From: Pocillopora damicornis | Taxonomy: Eukaryota | DNA length: 64,000 nt | Assembly (NCBI RefSeq): GCF_003704095.1 | Contig: NW_020847747.1 | Coordinates: 62,001-126,000 of the forward strand | Reading direction: 5' to 3' | In this document: piece by piece, positions 59,509 through 64,000 of the stretch | Position numbering within the stretch: position 1 is the first letter of the stretch | Layout of the letters: each line of letters opens with the position of its first letter | Notes under the pieces: model-generated | Told to the model about the DNA's origin: nothing | The model's database searches: none | The model's input: the letters and a program-made list of their open reading frames with translations, nothing else | Made by a program: the position numbers and the translations under genes

Positions 59509-62034
59509 TCCTTCCCCCTTCCCCTCCCCCCCAGTCAGAGATGGTAAGGATGTAACAAAACCCCCCTGAACCCCCACAGTGACTAAGGCATAATTTCTCT
59601 TTACAATATTACTACAATGTCAAACAGTCAAGTGATGAGAATTACAAAAATATTAATTAGGGGATTATTAATTGATCCAATGCCAAATTCTCCGAACTAG
59701 GGTCACAATAACTGTATGGCAGATAGTAAGGAGAATTACCAAGAAGATCTTAGAGATGAAAAGGTTACGAGCGCATTTCTATAGAGCGCCTCAACTCTTC
59801 CTAAGTTTCCTGAGTTTACTGCGATTGTATGCGGTGTACAAATTAAAAAAAAAATAGATAGAGTGTTATTTAACACTTCCCTCTGATTCCTCTAACACAG
59901 GTTTTAACTCCTTCTTTTCCCGCAGGTTCTAAACTGCTCTACCTGGTCTTCAGTAAAACAAGTTTGCCGCTTTTAGATACGCGTAGTGGTTACGTGACTA
60001 TACACTCCTTTGTTATTCGCTACCGTGAATTTACAGTCAAAACGCAATCATGATACTATAACTTGATTATAAAGATGGCCACTAAATGTCGTAGTACCTA
60101 GTAAAAGTCGGTTCCATGCTAAGTCGTAACTCTCTCAGTCTCAGTCACGTTGTGCAAATATATTAGAATGTTAGCTTGGCTCTAAGAGTAAGCGTGATTT
60201 TTTTACCTCTTTTTTACGTTTTCATTCGGGCGAACGCAAGCGTTAGGCGAGTGCAAAGAGTGGATCACGTGTGGGAGGAAAATCGCGATTTTTTCGCGTT
60301 TATCCTCTCGCGCGTGACTTGCCATTCGTGGTCGCTCAGCGCGTGCTTCTGCTCGTCTGAAAATGCAAAACGTCAATAATAATGATAGTAACGATAGGTT
60401 CAAGATTTATGAAGATAAAAAATGATAATGATAACTTTGATTTAATAACTTAACAAGGTCAAAAGTACCTTTTTTCGATAAGACTGTTCGTAAGATTTTG
60501 ATTTTGATGAAACTATAACCAAGAGAAAGTAAAGAGTATTTTTGGAGTCAACTTTTCAGTGAGTTAACAGTTAATGTGGATTGCTTAAAACGTACTGTAA
60601 GACGTTCTTCATTTTTTTTTATTAAAAAACCTTTCTACAGAATAAAACTTTGTAGACACTTATTATCGTAAGGTCCTGCGTCAGTTTCTCTGCAAATTAA
60701 ATATGCGCCTTCTTTTTTTTCACTTTGGTTTTAGCCACCCCTCCCTCGTCCTCACCTTGCCCTTCCCCCTCCTTCGCCCCCACTACACCCCCCTTTCCTT
60801 CCCTCGCCCCCACCTCCCCCTCCTTCTTGTAGATCAGGAGCACATATGTATGACCTGAAATAAGTTTGCATAAGCTCTTATAAAATTCGGTTACTCGTCT
60901 CCCCCCTTTCCCGTAATTCCGCCAGTTGCAATTTCTAACTCGCAGGCTAAATCTTAAATCCCCACGGTGTAGGGTGTATATTGTATAGAACTGCTGCGGA
61001 TATTGTGTAGCACTGCTCGCTCTCTCCAAGCAAGCCATATTAATTATGGTTTGTTGTCCTTTGGAAGTGCGCCTTTACGAATTCGAGTGGTCCTTTTCGT
61101 CTTAAAGTTGTTGAAAACCAGGGAAAATATGAATAATTTACCCACATGAAGCGGTCAACTTCCACTGCCGAACGCACTCTTTCTTTATTTTTACTCCGAC
61201 TTTGATATGCGCTCCATTCTGAGGTTTTCGAATTCGCCCTGATTAAAAATAAACATGACGGAAATGAAACGACATGAATATTCAAAGTTGATAGTTTGCA
61301 TATATTAGGCAGATCACATGAACTCACATTATGGCGGTCAACTTTTGTACCGTCTTGGCCTCTGTTTGCCTTCTGTGTGCTGTTATGGGTAAGTGACGAG
61401 AGGTTACGACACGAAAGTACAAAATTGGCAATGTTATGCAGCGATTGCAGTGTTCAAAGCTCTGTTAGATTACAGTGCGATCTAATTTCTGGAGCACTGA
61501 CTCACGCTACAAATCTATCGGGCGAGTATCACAACAGTTCCATAAATGTTGTCATTCCAGCGAAAGATTAATCGTTTTACGAGGAATATTTCTAAAGAGT
61601 TGTTCGATTATTTTTCGTAATTTTCCGTTGACTTCATACGCATCGATGGCTTTGGAGTTTGTGCAATGTCATGTTGTGACGGCGTGTGTAAAATCTTCAG
61701 TTCAACAATAACAAATCCTATTTACTATTCAGAAAGATGATGGCGGAAACATTATAAGTTTTTAAGCCCTTGATATCAATATTTCCGCTTTGACATAGAA
61801 TACAAATGTGAGCTAAGTAGTAAAGGGAAGGTTTTGAATTTATTTTTTACTCTGCGAGCTCTTTCAAATGAAAGGGTCGGGTTGAGCCATATGGCACTTC
61901 GCAAGGTTGAATTGGAATATTCTGCTAAAAAACTGGTAATTTTGAATGACGCTTTGCCGACATTCTGAACCTAATCGTGCGTTGCCCGAACAGATTATTT
62001 GAAAATATCTAGTTGAGTGTGCACGTTCAACTTC

Positions 62035-63925
62035 ATGCCCAGAAAAGTGAATTGTTGTCCATAATTTCTGTTTGTTATCACTCTTGTTTGCGGCAGCAGC
62101 ATCGAATTCTGTCACAATGTTGGGTGAGACACCATATTATGAAGACAGCGAAAATATTCCCCCTTCAGATGCTATCTATTATTTTCGAAAGTGAAACTTT
62201 CATGTGCTTAGTTAGCGAAAATAAGTCGCTCAAAATAGAATGTTGGTGATGCATTCGTGACACAATTTAAATACTTCATTATTCCTCTCATTATCCAACT
62301 GGCTACGTTGGTGGTAAACTTTAATCATGGCAGTTTAGTAAGATTTGCGACCGGACGCTGCTCCACCCGCTCCTTTCATACCTATGGATTTTTTAATACT
62401 TGACCAACATTAACATTTTTGCAACAACAGTGTTGCATCTTGCTATTAAAGTGTCTGACCGCGCAAGCGAAGGTGGGAGGGGGGGAGGGGGGGAGGGGGG
62501 GAGGGGCGGGTGGAGTGGTTTGGGTATCAAAAATTCTCGGATCCGCCCCTGAAATCATAGCTACTTGAAACTCCATTTCTTTTCTCCTAGTGGAAGGAAA
62601 CGATGAAGACCGTGATTACAGAGACTTTTATGAGTATGATGACGACGATAATGGCATCAAAAAAGCTGAAAAATGCCCCGATATTAACTTACCCAGAGGT
62701 CTTGGCGGCCCTTGCAAAGTCAGTGATTTTTGCAGCAATATTACTTGCGAGGTGAAGGTGGGGGAGAAGAGTGCCACCTTAATTTTCAAAATAAACCAGT
62801 GTGATGATCCCATAACTGCCACAGTCACTGTCAAGATACAAGGTTATGCAGTTGATTGGTCGCATACATTTAAGGATGGTGAAAAGATCAAGCTTCCGGT
62901 TGGGAAGGAATCCGGTGTAATGGCACAAGGATCAGTTTCACTTTTGGTTGTGTTGAAAAGAGAAGGCAAAAAGTTGCATTTTAAGGTAACATGTTTATTG
63001 TATATAACTTTACTTCATTGCAGGGGGGGGAGGGGAGTAACCAGTGAAAAAAGGGTTAAGCGGTAGGGAAAAATCAATCACCAGAAGAAAAGGGCCTTGA
63101 GATGGGAAAACAAAAACAACTCTTGGCAGTGAACGGTTATTTTTAAATACGTACGTCACCACTGATTACCGAAAGTGTAAATATTTGCAGCAAGGATGGA
63201 TAAGAGATTCAGACTTGCCAGTTTCCCAACCCCCCCCCAAAAAAAAAAAAAATTTTTATTATTATTATCACCATCATCTTAAAGAAATACCAGCGAGTTT
63301 ACTGATTTAAAAGATTGATTTATTTCAGCTTCAGTTGTTGGGAAAAGTTGAAGTACCATTATATCACAAACTGGACGGGCCCATCGATAAAACTCTGATC
63401 GACGGAAAAATTTCGCTGTCAGATAAACATTGCGGTGAGTAAAGAATTATGTGTTTATTAGGGCTGCAAGTTTTCTCCTTCATTTAGAATCCCCTAAAAA
63501 TCACTCAGCTGTGAATTTAGAAACACAACCTTCTTCACCATGACAGGAGCCCATTACTTCCTAACCATGATGAGGATATCTGTCACTTTCCCACTCCTCT
63601 AAAGCAATAAAAAATGACTGGTCTCTGAGAGATCATGATTTCTGGCCGCTTCCTTAATGCTTCGTAGAAGTTGTTGACACGTTTTGTGATTACGTCATCA
63701 GGTTTCAGCGCTTGGTTCAACAAACAGCCGCGTTACATAAAGATTTTGGTGATTGCGGGCCCTATCTTGGTCTTTATCCTTCTGCTCGTGCTCACAGTGT
63801 ACTGTCGTATGAGATGTAAGCACCGTGCGCCCACACGCCTTCATGTGGAGATGCCGAGTCATCGTGCCCGGACCACCACGACCAGAAGTAAAGTTCCTAT
63901 GCAACGGCTGATAAATCAGGAATAA
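62035..63925 (+). CDS. Uncharacterised type-I membrane protein B, paralogue of A; start codon ambiguous
   Basis: Exon 1 ends at 62123 (signal-like VVHNFCLLSLLFAAAASNSVTML, phase-1 donor). Then 62591-62985 (acidic stretch, Cys-bearing domain, CDDPITATVTV...DWSHTF), 63329-63434 (...SDKHC) and 63702-63925 (GFSAWF, TM helix, cytoplasmic tail). Confidence 0.75.
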
Positions 63926-64000
63926 ATATGTGTGCATATACCCTGAAAACTCAGGGCGGGAAGCACGAGATGGAAAAATAAGTGAAAACTGAAGAAACCA

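Noticed and set aside
60697-61038. Gly/Glu-rich ORF and potential G-quadruplex
   Set aside because: It derives from a simple C-rich low-complexity tract with no gene structure.

Overview
This is eukaryotic, intron-rich, AT-rich animal DNA. The gene and repeat content suggest a scleractinian coral, but that is inference only. There are six assembly gaps. Genes reconstructed by hand from GT-AG splice sites, in order: Sp17/SPA17-like protein with three neuromodulin-type IQ motifs (-); XRCC2 (-) head-to-head with nicastrin (+); TMEM218 (+); intronless NUDT18 (+); PAFAH1B2/3 (+); an unknown ORF (-); a C2H2 zinc-finger gene (-); a short unknown ORF (-); SDHC (-), which is invisible in the ORF track and whose 3' end falls in a gap, head-to-head with SDHD (+); an SLC22 organic cation transporter (+); and two tandem paralogues encoding uncharacterised single-pass membrane proteins (+). 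The main observation is that the two membrane-anchor subunits of respiratory complex II are divergently arranged with start codons 291 bp apart. Both start codons sit in an identical GCAAGATGGCGGC (TISU/YY1) element. Several neighbouring genes have human orthologues split between 1q23 and 11q23-24. Introns and intergenic DNA carry many TTAA-ended piggyBac-like MITEs, tRNA-derived SINE and foldback elements, two LINE 3' fragments and a probable Crypton relic.
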